The position numbers were made by a program, and so were the translations under genes. From a virus, in the IMG/VR virus record IMGVR_UViG_3300005662_000024: a DNA stretch of 64,000 bases; one strand, given 5' to 3'. The notes under the pieces are model-generated. The model had not been told where the DNA came from. It worked only from the letters and a program-made list of their open reading frames with translations, and did not search any database. Positions 24,687 through 38,191 of the stretch are shown here, piece after piece. Positions within the stretch are counted from its first letter, which is position 1. The number at the start of each line of letters is the position of its first letter.

Positions 24687-27600
24687 ATGAAAAAATTTAC
24701 AAATGAAATAAATAATTCAAAAGAAAAAAAGATTAAAAAAGGCTATAATCTTCCTTCTTCAGCCGTTAACTTAGGATATTATTCTGTTGATGACATTTCT
24801 CCTGGCAACTCTCTTACCGTAGTTGATACATCTACTTCTATAAGAGAAAATTACATACAAAACAATAATGATCAATTGAGCTTAATAGCTAATGAACTAG
24901 GAATGCTGGAAGATCCAGTAACTGGAAATAATAGATTTTCTTCTGAAGATATATATGTTACCGATATAATGAATAGTAGAAAAAATACTACAGATTATAT
25001 TAATGTTAATCTATTAAATTCAAATAGTAGTGGAGAAGGTTCAAAAACAGATTATCTATATTCTTATTATGTAAGTAGATATTTTACCGTTCAGGAAAAC
25101 ATTAAATCAACTCAAGTACAAAACTTTACCTATGCTGGTAAAAACATATTTGACTTAGCAAAAACTTCAGATATTCAAGATTTGATAAAAGAAAATAACG
25201 CAATTGATATAACTGATATTTATGTAACATATATAGATGGCAGGCACTACGTTGATGAAACTGGAAAGAAAAAATATAAAATAATCTTAGAAAGATATTT
25301 AGATAAATTCGTTTCTAGTATTGAAACTTTGTGCAGAATTATTGTTCTGTTAGAAGATCCTAATCCTTCTGGTCTTTTATTGAATTATAATAAAGTAGAA
25401 TTAAGTAGTAGTAATTCTATTATAAATTCAATTTCAAATTATAAAGAAACAATTAACTCTGTACTTTTATTTAACAGAGAATCAGAAGAATCACTAGTAA
25501 CAGATTACAGCTCAAAATTTGATAAAACATATTCTGTAAGCAATGTAGAAATATTAAAAAATAAATTTAGTTCTAGTGGTTTCTTTGACTCAAGAGGTTA
25601 TAATTTTTACGTTAATAGAAAAGCTATACCAGACAATAGGAACTATGAAATATTTAACTGGAGAATAATCGGAAAAATAAAAAGAAGCTTTAATTACGCC
25701 GATAGAATAGATGGCGGAACTAACGAGTCTGGACGGAATAATCAAGGCAGCAGTTATAAAAGCTAATACTAAGTCAGATTATTCGGATCACTATAAGATT
25801 TTTTCAAAACTAGAAGTAAATAATAATCCAATTAATTTATATAATTATAGATTTGAAAATCCATCTTCGCAAAAAAATGGCATATTAAAATCAGATAGTT
25901 CTTATTGGACAGTTGATTTAGATTCAATTACGCATGAGGAAATTAAAGCTTTTGATTTTCTTGTTTTAGTTGTAAATTCAAATACAAACATATATTCATA
26001 TATACCAAAAATAAAATCTTTTACAGATAATGGTGGTTGTCTTTTTATAGAAGTTGAAGGAGAAATAAGCGATTCTGTTAAAAGCATACTTCCTGTTGCG
26101 CCAGGTCAACTAACTAGTGGAACGGCTACATCATTAACCTATAATTTAGTTAATGATTCTGATTATTCTGATTTAAATTTGTTTGATAAAAATCAATCTT
26201 GGGATATAAATTCAGGAGAATTTGATTCTGGTTATGGAATATATGGAAAAATAAATCAATCAGTTACTGCGTTTTCTGCAGCTTACTCTAACTACAAGTG
26301 CGCAGAAACAAACATTGGTCCTATTGTTGTTCAGTTCAAAACTAACGTAAACGATAGTGGATCAGTTTCTTGTGGAAACATAATACTAAATACGGTTAGT
26401 ATAAATAAAAAAGCAGGCGCAGATTATCTGCCAGGAACTGATACATCAGCTTCAGATACATCCTCAAGAATACTAACACTAACATCCGATGCAGAGGGAC
26501 CACTAAAGTACTTTTACAATAGCATACTTGTTGGTATAATATCCAAATACTATACAACTAGCAATAGTTCCAACTCTTTTTCTACAAATATTCTAACACC
26601 AGTATTATTTCATGCAACAGCTTGGAATACTTCTTGGACTATAAATGGTCCAACTACTGAAGATAATTATTCTTATAATGATATTTTAATAAAAAATCAA
26701 TACATGGATGAGTACTCTGAGTATGGATTTGTAAAAGAACAAAATAATGATATCTATAGAAAGCTAAATGATAAAACTGTAGAGCAGATTTTTATTGAAG
26801 ACTTTTCCTCTAGCGTACCTTCTTCTTATGGTCAATTTTACAATACAAATGATTCAATTACTTATTATATAGAATTCACAAATTCAAGTATTGTTCCAAA
26901 AAACGGAACATACTTAGAAAATTCAATATCAACTGGAATTACAACTCCGTATAAAACATATGCTCTAGATTCCAATGCTCAAAAACAAACAATCTACGCA
27001 AAAACAACAACTATATCTAGACCATTAAATGTTCCTGCTAATTTTGGTACATTCTATATTAAAGATAGATTTAGAGATGTAAAAAATATAAGATTAAATC
27101 AACCAAATATAGTAAATGATAATCCATACTTTTATTCTTATGATTTTAAAACAAGTTGGAGAAAAGTAGTAAGCACTGAATCATCACTGTCTTTTGATAT
27201 GTCTTTTGACATAAACTTTACTTTGCAGGTTCCAGTAACAATTCAAACATGGGAGAAAAAGTGGGAACAAGTTGGCACAATGCCGCTAGAAGATCCATCT
27301 CCTATTGATAGACAATTAAAATTTGAAGATGGAGAATACTCAGAGTTAAGCGTTACTTCTTCTGTTCCACTAAATAAAATAGGTAAAAAAATAACAAACA
27401 AGTACTTCTGCAGGGAAGATTTTATAGACTATACTTCTTCACACAATCCAAATGCAGCGGATAAAACATTTAATCATTACCCATATACTGGTGATATAGA
27501 CCTTGGAAATACAGCTAAGCAATACTCTGTTGGTCCAAGATCTGGAGACGTAAATACTGGCGAATATGTCCATTATATACAATGGACCCTTAAACAAGAC

Positions 27601-30459
27601 GGATACAATGTATCAACAGATGGGGTACTTGGACCGCAAACAGGGAGCGCTTTAACAAGTTTTCAATCAAAATATGGATTAGCAACTGTTGATCAACAGG
27701 TTGACTCTGAGACTAAAAGTGCAATGGCCTACTTTTGGGCAACAAAAAAACAAAAGAATCAACTGACTTCTGCAAAGTCAGCGATAAGAACATTTTATAA
27801 TAATCAAAATAAAAAGACTATAGGCGATAAAGTAATAGCATATATAGATGCCGCTATAGATAGTGCAGATCCTATCTCAGTTACAAAAACTGGTTCAATA
27901 AAAAGAATATCTTATACAGGGTCAGTAAAAACTCCAAGTACTATAAAATCTAATATTTTTATAGCTTTACCAGCTCAAGTATATGGCAGAACACAAAACG
28001 ATGAAGTTTATAATATTAAAATAAAAACCGGAGTATGCGGAGTTTTTATAGAGAATATTAAATTTTATCAAACAGAAACTAATGAAAGCAATTTGTCAAG
28101 ATTTCCAGCACAAGGTGGTTTAGACAGACTTAGTGGAAACACTATAGACATACCTGCAAATACTGAAAGAGAAATTTCAATTGCATTTAGCTCCAATGCC
28201 TATAAAATCCTATGCCTGACAGTAACAGGAAAAAAACTTCCATCTAATTACGGTACTGGTCAAGGAATATTTATAGATTATATAACAGTAAATTATTTAC
28301 CAGATCCAGGTGAACCGCAGCCAGTGTATGATTGGCGTACTTATGAATCTGGATCTATAGACGTAACTGCATATATAGATGTTAAAGCAGAAAAGATAGT
28401 TAAAGACTTAACAGTATCGAATACTCCAAAGTTAGAAACAATTACAAGCGCAAACTTTACAGCGCTTCCAATGATTGTTAAGGATTTTTATTATTTTGAT
28501 TCAAATAATAATGTAAATAAATTTACATATTCAAGCGGTTCTTCAAATAAGATAGAAGTAGGGACTTCGCTTTCTATAAACTCTGTTTATGATTTAACAA
28601 TTGAGAATGGAGTAACAGATCAATGGGGTACCCTAAAGGTTAATTTAGCTGAAGCAAGTGTTGTGCCAAGCGCAGTTGTTTCTGTTACTAACAAAAAAGT
28701 TGGCCCAAACGGAGGGACGAAAACTATAGATAATCAATATATAAATTATATTGACTTAGATATAAAAGATCCAAATAAAGATATAAATGGAACAACTCAA
28801 ATAACACTTAGGTATGATGTTAATGTTACTTCTTTGTCTAGTGAAGTTTCCTATGGAGGACAAACTGTTGTTCCTGAGCATAGACATTTGTATGTATCCT
28901 TTTTGACAAAGGATCAGCCAAAGATAGAGAAAGTAAGTGCCGTCAATAAAAATAAAATAGACTATTTATCTGGCATAGTTTGCTTGTGCGATGATAGGGG
29001 AAACCCTGTCGGAAAGCCAAACTTTGCAATATCAAGTGATAATAATGATACTGTTTCCGTAAACATAACAAACATATACCTAGAAAGCACTTTGAATACT
29101 ACAACAGATGGTTTAGTTTATGGATTTTTTGATTTTTCTGCAAGACAATTTTTAGGAAAAAATATATCTTATTCAGAATACCTAGAAAGAAATGGCGAAA
29201 ATAATATATACATAGCTGTTATGGCTACTGATTATGATGGAAACATTCTATCTGATGATATAGATTTCCGTGGATTTTCTACAATACCAGTTAGTACTGC
29301 AAGAGTTCCAAATAAAGTTATATGCCCAGTGTATAACGTCAAGTTTAAGAATAAGGCATCCATAGAAGTATTTAAGCCACAAAATTTCCTAGATAAAAAA
29401 TCACCATGGTATGTCGGTTTAAGTTCTGGTTCTTTTGTCAGATCAATAAGTATAAATACAAATAATATATACAACGAAAATATAAGCTGGATTAAAAAGT
29501 ACTCGACTTCCTCATCACCAAACGTTGCCGTAAATGCTTTTTATGATACAACTCAATACACTTCTTCTGGTTGGTCTAATATTTTAGGAAGACCTTATTA
29601 TGATATACATGAGGAAAAACCAATATTAATTGATTCAAAAACAATAAGATTAAGACAAACACCATTTGCAGTTGTTCACGAACCTTCAAATGATTTAAGG
29701 TATTTTGGATCGCCAATAAAACCATTTGTTTTTGCTTATGTAAGAGAGTCAATTTCAGAAAGTTGGTCTTTAATTCAGTATTCTGACATACTATCTTTTG
29801 ATTCTAACACTGGAATAATTCAATTTAAAAACCCCATAGTTCCTACTGATTATAATTTAATAAAAGTAAATTATTCAGTATATTCTTCATATAGACCAAT
29901 TAAAGTAATAGGGTCAAAAGATCTTAACTTAAATCCATACTTAGAAAAACAAATGGTTAAATTTAATAAACCAATGTTTTTTTACTTAGAACCAAATAAG
30001 GTTGAAATAGTTGGTCAATTTGAAAAACAGAAGGCATATGAAGAAATTGTAGAAAATGAAAATGTATTAAACTATACAGAAGATGCGACCATGTTTGATC
30101 CATCGCATCCAAAATATAATCCTTTAGCTGTTTTGCTGTGTACTATTTATATTGTAGATAACGATGTAATGGAATCTTTTGGCCTTAATGACTTAAGATT
30201 AAAAGGTGGCGGAATCAACTATAATAAGGATAGTATCGAAGTATTTAGAGATATGCCAAGAGCAAGATCTTTCTGGGATATGTCAGGGCCAGATGGTTAT
30301 GCATATACTAATGGCGGATATGTTGTGATCCAGCTACCAAGCGCATTGAAACAGTACTTAGGAAATGATAAAATTAAAGAAGTTATATCAAGCGCTTTGA
30401 CCGCTGGTGTTGTTTATGAGATACAGGATTACGATGGAAACTCTTGGGAGGATGCATAA
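24687..30459 (+). CDS. large virion protein (~1923 aa if fused) with a peptidoglycan-binding domain; +1 shift at CGGA 25734-25737
   Basis: ORFs 24687..25766 and 25711..30459 overlap around an in-frame CGG. PG_binding_1-like VHYIQWTL...DGVLGPQT..ALTSFQSKYGL at ~27565-27720. Confidence 0.6.
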
Positions 30460-33096
30460 ATGAGAAGCTCTTTACCAGAATATATTCAAACCTATTCATT
30501 AGGTTCAAGAAAGGCCGTTTCAGACGTTATTGTCTTGGCTAAAAATGACGTAAGAAGTGCTTCTCAAATAGCAAAATCTTTGAATAATATGTCTTCTCTT
30601 AATACGTATAATGGTTTATCAATAAGGCCATATTCGCTAGCTTCCTTTGAAGCTTTTATAGATTTTTTTAGGGATATAAATTTAAAAACTATAGCATATT
30701 ATGATTCAATGAACACTATAAGTGTGGCCATAAACAGCTATGTAAATGTTCTCAATTCAGAAATTTCAAAGTTAGAAAAAGATATTAATCAACTTCAGAT
30801 ATATGTAGAAAACTATGGTTTTATTTCCGGTGAAGACGATTTATACAATGGTTCTTTTATAGAGACTTTTTCTGATGATTCAAATTCTTACTTAAGGGAG
30901 TCTTTTCAGTTCAAGCATTACGATAAAGATGGTTTAGAATTTTTAGAAGCAAATTTAGCTGAAGTTGACATTGTTTCTAATACGCTAAAATCTGGAACCG
31001 CGTTTAGCAGTTTAGGTATTACTCCAAAAATTAAAGAATATAAAAATAACTATTCACAATATATATCATCTTCTTCTGATATTTATAATTTATTTTCAGA
31101 TTCTTCAAATAAAAGCTGGAACACAACAATTAAATCTCCATCTATTATAACTTCAAAAAATGAAGATTTTTCAGAAATAAATTATGATTATAGCCAGATA
31201 TCAGGAGCTAGCGCCTCACTACTTTTTTCTTTTGAAAATCCACAAAAGATGAATTGCGTAAGGGTTTCTCCTAATTTAGGTGTAGATTTACAGGTTCTTC
31301 AGGTTATATTATATTCTTCTGTTAGCCCTACAAATTCAGGGTCAACTGGATCTTCTGTAGATAGTTCTGAAACAAAAATTTATTTGCTAGACTCTCCACT
31401 TCTAATAGATGCAGTTAAAGATATCTCATTTACTGAGACCTTAGTTAAAAGTATTAAAATAATATTTAATCAACCAAAATATACTAAGGTATCTAATACA
31501 TCTAGCATTTATGAAAATCAATCAAAAGTACTAGAATACTATATTGATAAAGTGAGAAAGAGTAGGGCAAACAAACATGATAAGCTTCAAGATATAGTCT
31601 ACTCTTATTTTACTAAGAGAAATGAAATAGCTCAATTATCATCAAACCCAGATTATATACCAAATTATTATTCTTACAGATATCCATGCGAAGAAACATA
31701 CTCAAACGCCAATGCGGTCTATGAATTTCTTTCTTCAAAAAATAATTTTGTTGAAATAGATAATAAAAAAGGTTTAAAAAATTCATCAGAGGTTACAAAA
31801 ATTGTTCAATCTATAGTTTCCTATGTTATTGGAGAAAGATATAGGATGTCGCCAAGTGCATACGTAGCATCAAAACCCAGTGCCGGTTTTGTTGGCATAT
31901 CTTCAGTGGACTTTTTGAATCCAGCACCGTTGGGCAATATACAATCTCCGCATGGATTTGCTAATCAAGATTTGGATCAATTTATACCTATGCCTGGATT
32001 AAGAGAAGTACAGAAGTCATTAACTACGCTGGATAAAGTAAATTATTATGAATACATTTTATCTGTTAAATCTATAAAATTTGGAATAATAAACGCAGTA
32101 GATTATAAAAATCAAACTAATAAACTTATTGATAAATCATATTTTATATCTAAGATGATAAACACAAATGGTTATATCAATAATCTAAAAATTAAATCAG
32201 ATTATTTTATACCAAAAAATGCAAATAACACATTAGATTTAACAACAACAGCGGCTATAGAGTTTGATGTTTCTCTAAATGTAAATGCACAAGTGAATAC
32301 AGACTGGGTTCCAATTCTTCCAAATGGAGAAAAAGAAGTTGAAGCAGAAAAACTGTTTCCATATGAAGGAAATGGTTTAGTTAAATTTAGGTTTCCAGCA
32401 ATTAGGTCCAGCTTAAAAGTTTATGAAAATGGCATACTAATGTCTGATACAAGGATTAATAGTTCTGATTCAGATGCTATAACACAAATTAATATTATAG
32501 ATTACAACAAATCTAATATATATGTAGCCAAATATACCGTAAGTGCGAATTATAATCCCAATGAAATTGACTTTAGTCAAAAATCAATACAGTCTTTTTC
32601 CCTTAAAACATATTCTGATAAAGAAGGTTTAGGAGAAAAGCTATCTACGGTAGGCCTTGACAATAGGGCAGAATTATCTTTTGATCCTTATATAGATTAC
32701 TCTAAGTTCGCTAATCATATATATTCGAGTTCTGCTGGTACTATAGGGTCAAGTGGCACTAGTACATACTCTCCTGTAGCCGTAATATTAGAAGACGGTT
32801 CAGCTGCAATTAATTTAACAAACTATCTTCCAAATAAATATGTTAAATATATTCTTCCAATTAACTCAGATACTGAAACATATTTTATACAAAATGGTAA
32901 TAGTTTAGTCTTCAGTAAGAGTTGTAATAACTTTAAAGTTTATTATGATTATATACCTGAATCTTTAAGGTATAAAGTTGTTTTAAGAAATTTAGATCCT
33001 TCTAAGCAGAGCAGCGCATATGTGGACAATATTGTGTTAAAATATCAACAAAAGAATACAGATAATTTTACTAATAAATTATTAAAGGTCGTTTAA
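30460..33096 (+). CDS. virion structural protein (878 aa)
   Basis: Long ORF in the tail module; N-terminal coiled coil then beta-rich sequence. Confidence 0.6.
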   Translation: MRSSLPEYIQTYSLGSRKAVSDVIVLAKNDVRSASQIAKSLNNMSSLNTYNGLSIRPYSLASFEAFIDFFRDINLKTIAYYDSMNTISVAINSYVNVLNSEISKLEKDINQLQIYVENYGFISGEDDLYNGSFIETFSDDSNSYLRESFQFKHYDKDGLEFLEANLAEVDIVSNTLKSGTAFSSLGITPKIKEYKNNYSQYISSSSDIYNLFSDSSNKSWNTTIKSPSIITSKNEDFSEINYDYSQISGASASLLFSFENPQKMNCVRVSPNLGVDLQVLQVILYSSVSPTNSGSTGSSVDSSETKIYLLDSPLLIDAVKDISFTETLVKSIKIIFNQPKYTKVSNTSSIYENQSKVLEYYIDKVRKSRANKHDKLQDIVYSYFTKRNEIAQLSSNPDYIPNYYSYRYPCEETYSNANAVYEFLSSKNNFVEIDNKKGLKNSSEVTKIVQSIVSYVIGERYRMSPSAYVASKPSAGFVGISSVDFLNPAPLGNIQSPHGFANQDLDQFIPMPGLREVQKSLTTLDKVNYYEYILSVKSIKFGIINAVDYKNQTNKLIDKSYFISKMINTNGYINNLKIKSDYFIPKNANNTLDLTTTAAIEFDVSLNVNAQVNTDWVPILPNGEKEVEAEKLFPYEGNGLVKFRFPAIRSSLKVYENGILMSDTRINSSDSDAITQINIIDYNKSNIYVAKYTVSANYNPNEIDFSQKSIQSFSLKTYSDKEGLGEKLSTVGLDNRAELSFDPYIDYSKFANHIYSSSAGTIGSSGTSTYSPVAVILEDGSAAINLTNYLPNKYVKYILPINSDTETYFIQNGNSLVFSKSCNNFKVYYDYIPESLRYKVVLRNLDPSKQSSAYVDNIVLKYQQKNTDNFTNKLLKVV

Positions 33097-33100
33097 AATC

Positions 33101-35588
33101 ATGGCACAATTCTCACCAAAAACATCATCCTATGACACAATAGTTTATAAGGTATCAAAATTTTTTGAAGACTATTATAATCAAAAATTTAAAACATACG
33201 AAGAATTTTCTGTGGCATATCAAAAACTTTTACAAGAAGTAGAAGAATCAAACGTAGGTGTTACTGGAAAATATAATCCAATAATAAAACGGACAACCAC
33301 CTAGCTCTTCTCAAATACTAGAGTTTGCAAGAGATATAACAGCCGATTCTGCGATTATGGCAAGGCAAATGGATTATCTTTTAGCAAAAACAATTAGTTC
33401 TTTTAACTTGTTTCAGTCAGAAATAGATAAAGAATCAAATAATATAAATAGAATTAATTCAAAAATAAAAGTACTGCAGCTATACTCAAAGAGTACCAGT
33501 GAAGATATATATTATCTTGGTGATTCTTTTGAGAATTTTGAGAATGTAGATTTAACAGCAAAATATACTGCACCAATCAGCATTGTTACAGAAGGCCACC
33601 TGTCTCTTCCTGTTATATCTGGATCTGTTTGGCCAATAGAAAATATTTCCATTAAGGAAAAAGATGAGAACAATAATGTTCTTTCTAATGGAACTTCTGG
33701 AAACTATCATATGGCATTAAAGCAGTCTGTAAATACGGAAAAAGAAAAAGAAAACCCTGAAGACTATAAGTATATTTTTGAAAATACAGTGGTTAACAAT
33801 TTAGGCTACATATATTTTGATACAAATCCAAATACATATTTTGAATATGAAAAATTGAAAGTTTCAAATTTAAATGGACCTGAGTATGACTATGAGTTTA
33901 GCTACTCAAAAACATATAATAATACCAGTTCTTTTGTTCCGTGGAACAACGCTTCAGACGATCCATTAAAATTAACTCTAGATCTAGAAAGAACTGCAAC
34001 TGCAGATCTACCTGCAAACTGCATAAATATACTTCCATTTTTTGGATATGACAACAATGGAATATCTAGTGTTAAAGTATCAAGTATAGTTTTGGAAAGT
34101 TTAGAAAATAATCAATTAAAAAAAGAAGAAATCTTATCAAGCCCTATAGTTATAGGGTCAACTGTAGTTCCATTTGGTGTAAAAAATTCCAGTAATTATT
34201 TTTATAGAAAAGCAAATATAAAGTTTTCTCATAGAAATCTAATAAAAGCTTCTATAACATTCATTCAAGAAAACCCAACACCAATATCTGTAAAGCATGC
34301 TTACTGGACTGTATCTAAGGTTTTGGGGTCATTTGATTTTGTCAATTCAAAGGATTATATAGAATTCAATAGATCAGAAAGAGGTATATCTCCAGCTGGA
34401 GTATGGGTTAGTGGAGCTAGATTTAATCCAAGTTTAATTAAATCAAAAAGCGAACTTTCAAATATATCAGGCTTAGATTCAGCAGTAAATAACTTAGTGC
34501 CGTCAGTACTAAGTCCAGAGTCTGTTAATTCTTCTTCTACTTCTAGGTCAGTAAAGTTTACTGGAGACAGCAATATTTCCTATGACTATTATGTAATGAA
34601 AGTATTAGATAAGAAAAATAAAAAATATGTTTACATAGATTATCTAAAGTCTTTAAATGAAGATGAGTACGCATATGAGAAAAAATTAGTTCCATCCAAT
34701 AAAACAATTTTTGATGATTGGTGGCCAGCATCGTATAAAATAGTTGGCTATGATAAAGCAAATCATGATGGAAACGAAGTTCCTAAAAAGTTTTTTACAG
34801 GACTAAATGGAAATCCAGATGATCCAAAATGGGAAGCTTTGATGCTACCGTACGCTTCTAATCCATCTTATGTTCCTTCGCCGGGTACAACTGAAGTACC
34901 AGAAGAAATATTTGATTGGTGGATGATTAAATTTAAATTAACAGGCGTGCTAAAAATGCCTACATATATTGGAACAAGTAAGCCAGCTTATTATCTTGGT
35001 GATCTTTATAATATATCTAATTCAGATATATCTTATGAAAAAATAGAAAGAACAACACCAGTAAAAGTTAACTACAGCGTTTCTCTTTCTAAAAATTATG
35101 AAATTTTAACACATGGAAAAGAGTATAACTCAAAAACCATTGAAGCCAAGAGATGGTCTATAGGAATAAGAGATATTTCTATCGATTCAGAAGTTTATCA
35201 AAATTCTTCCGAAATGATCTCTAAGGCATATAACTTTCCTTATCCAGTAGAGTACCTAATGCTTTACTCTGATTATAAGATTCCAATGAACCAATCAAGC
35301 TCAAGTCAAGAAATAGAACCCATATCTTATTATATATCCATTGATGATGGATCTACTTGGAACCCTATATCTCCAGCTGAAAATCCATTTAATTCAGAAA
35401 TACCAGAAATATATTGTTTTAACAAAAACATATCCGACAACTTAAGATTACCAGGCGTAGCTTATATAGACACAGCTTCTCAAGTAAACTCATTAAGAGT
35501 AAAAATTGTATTTAAAAAACCATACAATACAAACGGAACACCAATTGTTAATTACTATCAATTAGCAGCAAAAGTTAAAAGGTTATAA
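33101..35588 (+). CDS. virion structural protein (~828 aa); +1 shift at CGGA 33290-33293
   Basis: 63 codons, then CGG; the +1 frame GQPPSSSQILEFARDITADSAI runs into ORF 33357..35588. Confidence 0.7.
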
Positions 35589-35589
35589 T

Positions 35590-37797
35590 ATGATAGAAGA
35601 TATTCAAAAAATAAGATTTTTAAATAATCTATATAAATCTTACTACGCCTACGGCAAAGAACTTGATGAGATTTCTATCAAGAGATTATATAGTACATAC
35701 TTTAGGGAAAATCCAGCTGGATCCCCTCTTTCATTGGATGTAGAACTTCTTAGATCTAGTTCGGTAGCAAATATTGATTATATAAACAATATAATGGCTA
35801 GAGCTTTATTTAATATGGATGTTCTTTATGATTCAACTTACGAATCCATAGAAGATCTTTATTCAATTGTTACTTCATTAAATAATAGAATAAACTCCTT
35901 AAGAGCTAAGAGAACATCTTTAGAAAAAAAGATTGATGACTATATCTTTGCTATAACAAATAGCGATGGCTACTACGCATCTTTTTCAGAAGAGTTTACG
36001 GATATAACAGGAATCGATACAAAGTATTCAAGTGTATATTTAGACACTGATTCAAAATCTATATCCTTAAGTTCTATTAGTTCCGGTTCTTTTAATCAAG
36101 TAGGAAATAATACTTCAAAATCTAATAATATAAAATACAGTGTGTTTTTTAATGGTAATTCAATTAAGTCAAACGTAGATGCCGGCGAAAACGCTTCTTT
36201 AATCTTTGATGGTTTAAGTGATACGTATTGGAAATATACTCATGTTTCAAATTCGCCAGGTATATGTTCCATTAGACTTGATATAACTCCATATTCATCA
36301 TCTTCTATATCTAAAATATTTGGAAGAATTTCTTCAGATAAGAAAATAAATATAATGTTACAAGTTAATTCAAATTTTGAAACAGGTAATGAGGCGCCTG
36401 TTTATTCAGCTCAGTCAGAAAATGATTTTGATAATTTTGTTTTTCAATTTGAACCAGTAAATCTAAGTTCAGCATCTATATTCTTAATTAAGAATGAACC
36501 AGATAGGCTTGTTAAATCTGGAAATAGCATTTCATATGAGTATGACTTTGTTGTTAGAGACATAATTTTATCTGGAATGTATTACGATTTAAATGGTGTT
36601 TATGTTTCTAATCCAATAAATATTTCCTATGAGAATAGTAAAAATATAATAGACTCAGTAGCTATTGACGTAACAGCTCAAAACCATGCTAGTAATGATC
36701 TCCAGTACTTTATAGCAAAGGACAACCCATCTGCTTCTTCTTTGGATGACTTTCAGTGGATTCCTATATCTCCATCAAATGAGTTAAATAAATCTTACCC
36801 AAAAACAGTTTCTTTTAATGGGTCAAATTTAGTATATAAAACAATATCCGAAAACCAAAACAACTCTAACGAAATTATAAAGTATTTTTCTAATGCCGAA
36901 GAAACTAATTTACCAGGATTTGAAAATATATCAATATACAGAATAGGAAAGATAGATAAAGATACAAATCCAATTGAACCGGTTATACTAGAGGGTTATA
37001 ACAGGTTTATTTGGCACAAATATCAATATGAAGATGGGCTATGCTCCAACCTTTCAAGGTGGAAAGATGAAGTCTTAACAGATATGAAGTCTAGTGTTGT
37101 TACTTCTTCTTCTCAAATTGGAAATACCTCTTCGTTCTGGACAGCTCCTTCAATAGATGAAGGCGGAAGTGTGTATATATCTTTTGATATTCTGATGTCA
37201 TCAAATGTTAATGTCCAAAAACTTATAACTAAAAATGATGACTATAGCTTTAATTGGGATATGGCTATTTACTTAAATGGATCGTTAATTAAAAAAATTA
37301 AGCCAGGTGTCAGCCAAGATAATATTGAATGGAATTTTAAAGAGGGAATTAACAACATAATAATATGCATAGATGCACAACCAAAAACAACGTCAACTTC
37401 TAAATTGGGCTTGTATGGATCTTTTACTCTAATGCAGCAGAGTAGAATATCTGAATACGGTCTTGTATATCAAAAATACTTATCCTATATAGCACCTGAA
37501 GTATTTAAAAATAATAATGGAATAGTCAATGACAGTTTTAGTATTGCAACAATAGATACAGAAAAGTATATTATTTCAAATAGAAATATCTTGTATGGAT
37601 CTAGGTTCTATTATTATTTAAATAATACTGAATCTATAGTTGATTCTATTAGAGTTAGGATAAATATGAGAAGGAATTCTTTTAGCCCTAAGTCTTCTCC
37701 AATTGTTACTTCTTATAGAGTTAAATTTGGAAGATCTGAAAAACTAAGTGAAACAGTATCTTTGATACCATCTGAAATACTTAAGTCTAGATCTTAA
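35590..37797 (+). CDS. virion structural protein (735 aa), probable paralog of the two preceding genes
   Basis: Coiled coil plus F-x-E-x-F motif near residue 135, and a similar C-terminus. Confidence 0.6.
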   Translation: MIEDIQKIRFLNNLYKSYYAYGKELDEISIKRLYSTYFRENPAGSPLSLDVELLRSSSVANIDYINNIMARALFNMDVLYDSTYESIEDLYSIVTSLNNRINSLRAKRTSLEKKIDDYIFAITNSDGYYASFSEEFTDITGIDTKYSSVYLDTDSKSISLSSISSGSFNQVGNNTSKSNNIKYSVFFNGNSIKSNVDAGENASLIFDGLSDTYWKYTHVSNSPGICSIRLDITPYSSSSISKIFGRISSDKKINIMLQVNSNFETGNEAPVYSAQSENDFDNFVFQFEPVNLSSASIFLIKNEPDRLVKSGNSISYEYDFVVRDIILSGMYYDLNGVYVSNPINISYENSKNIIDSVAIDVTAQNHASNDLQYFIAKDNPSASSLDDFQWIPISPSNELNKSYPKTVSFNGSNLVYKTISENQNNSNEIIKYFSNAEETNLPGFENISIYRIGKIDKDTNPIEPVILEGYNRFIWHKYQYEDGLCSNLSRWKDEVLTDMKSSVVTSSSQIGNTSSFWTAPSIDEGGSVYISFDILMSSNVNVQKLITKNDDYSFNWDMAIYLNGSLIKKIKPGVSQDNIEWNFKEGINNIIICIDAQPKTTSTSKLGLYGSFTLMQQSRISEYGLVYQKYLSYIAPEVFKNNNGIVNDSFSIATIDTEKYIISNRNILYGSRFYYYLNNTESIVDSIRVRINMRRNSFSPKSSPIVTSYRVKFGRSEKLSETVSLIPSEILKSRS

Positions 37798-37807
37798 AGG
37801 AAAAATA

Positions 37808-38191
37808 ATGTCAACATACTTTTACAGCGAAAATGATAAATCAAAAAACATATATCAACCATTGTTTAATAGGTCTAGACAAAAATACAGAGGCCCAAGA
37901 GAATCTGAAATTCAAAATCTTGAACAGGATCAAATCTTAGTTGATATAGCTAGGTTAAAAAAGAGAATAAGTGAGCTAGAAAACGTGTTATTGGAAATGT
38001 CAGAAAGTTTTTATTTTCATAATTCAGCTACTCCAAACATAAACTCAGCAACACCTTTTTACGACATAGAATACAAAAAGTATGAAGATGAAGAAAGTTC
38101 TTATTACTTATCAGAAGATACAGTAAGTCTTTCTTCTCAACTTTTTAGGCTATATAAAAAATTAAACTTATTAGAAAATCAGGAGATATAA
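37808..38191 (+). CDS. hypothetical virion protein (127 aa)
   Basis: ORF with AAGGA RBS; tandem NSATP motif. Confidence 0.55.
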   Translation: MSTYFYSENDKSKNIYQPLFNRSRQKYRGPRESEIQNLEQDQILVDIARLKKRISELENVLLEMSESFYFHNSATPNINSATPFYDIEYKKYEDEESSYYLSEDTVSLSSQLFRLYKKLNLLENQEI

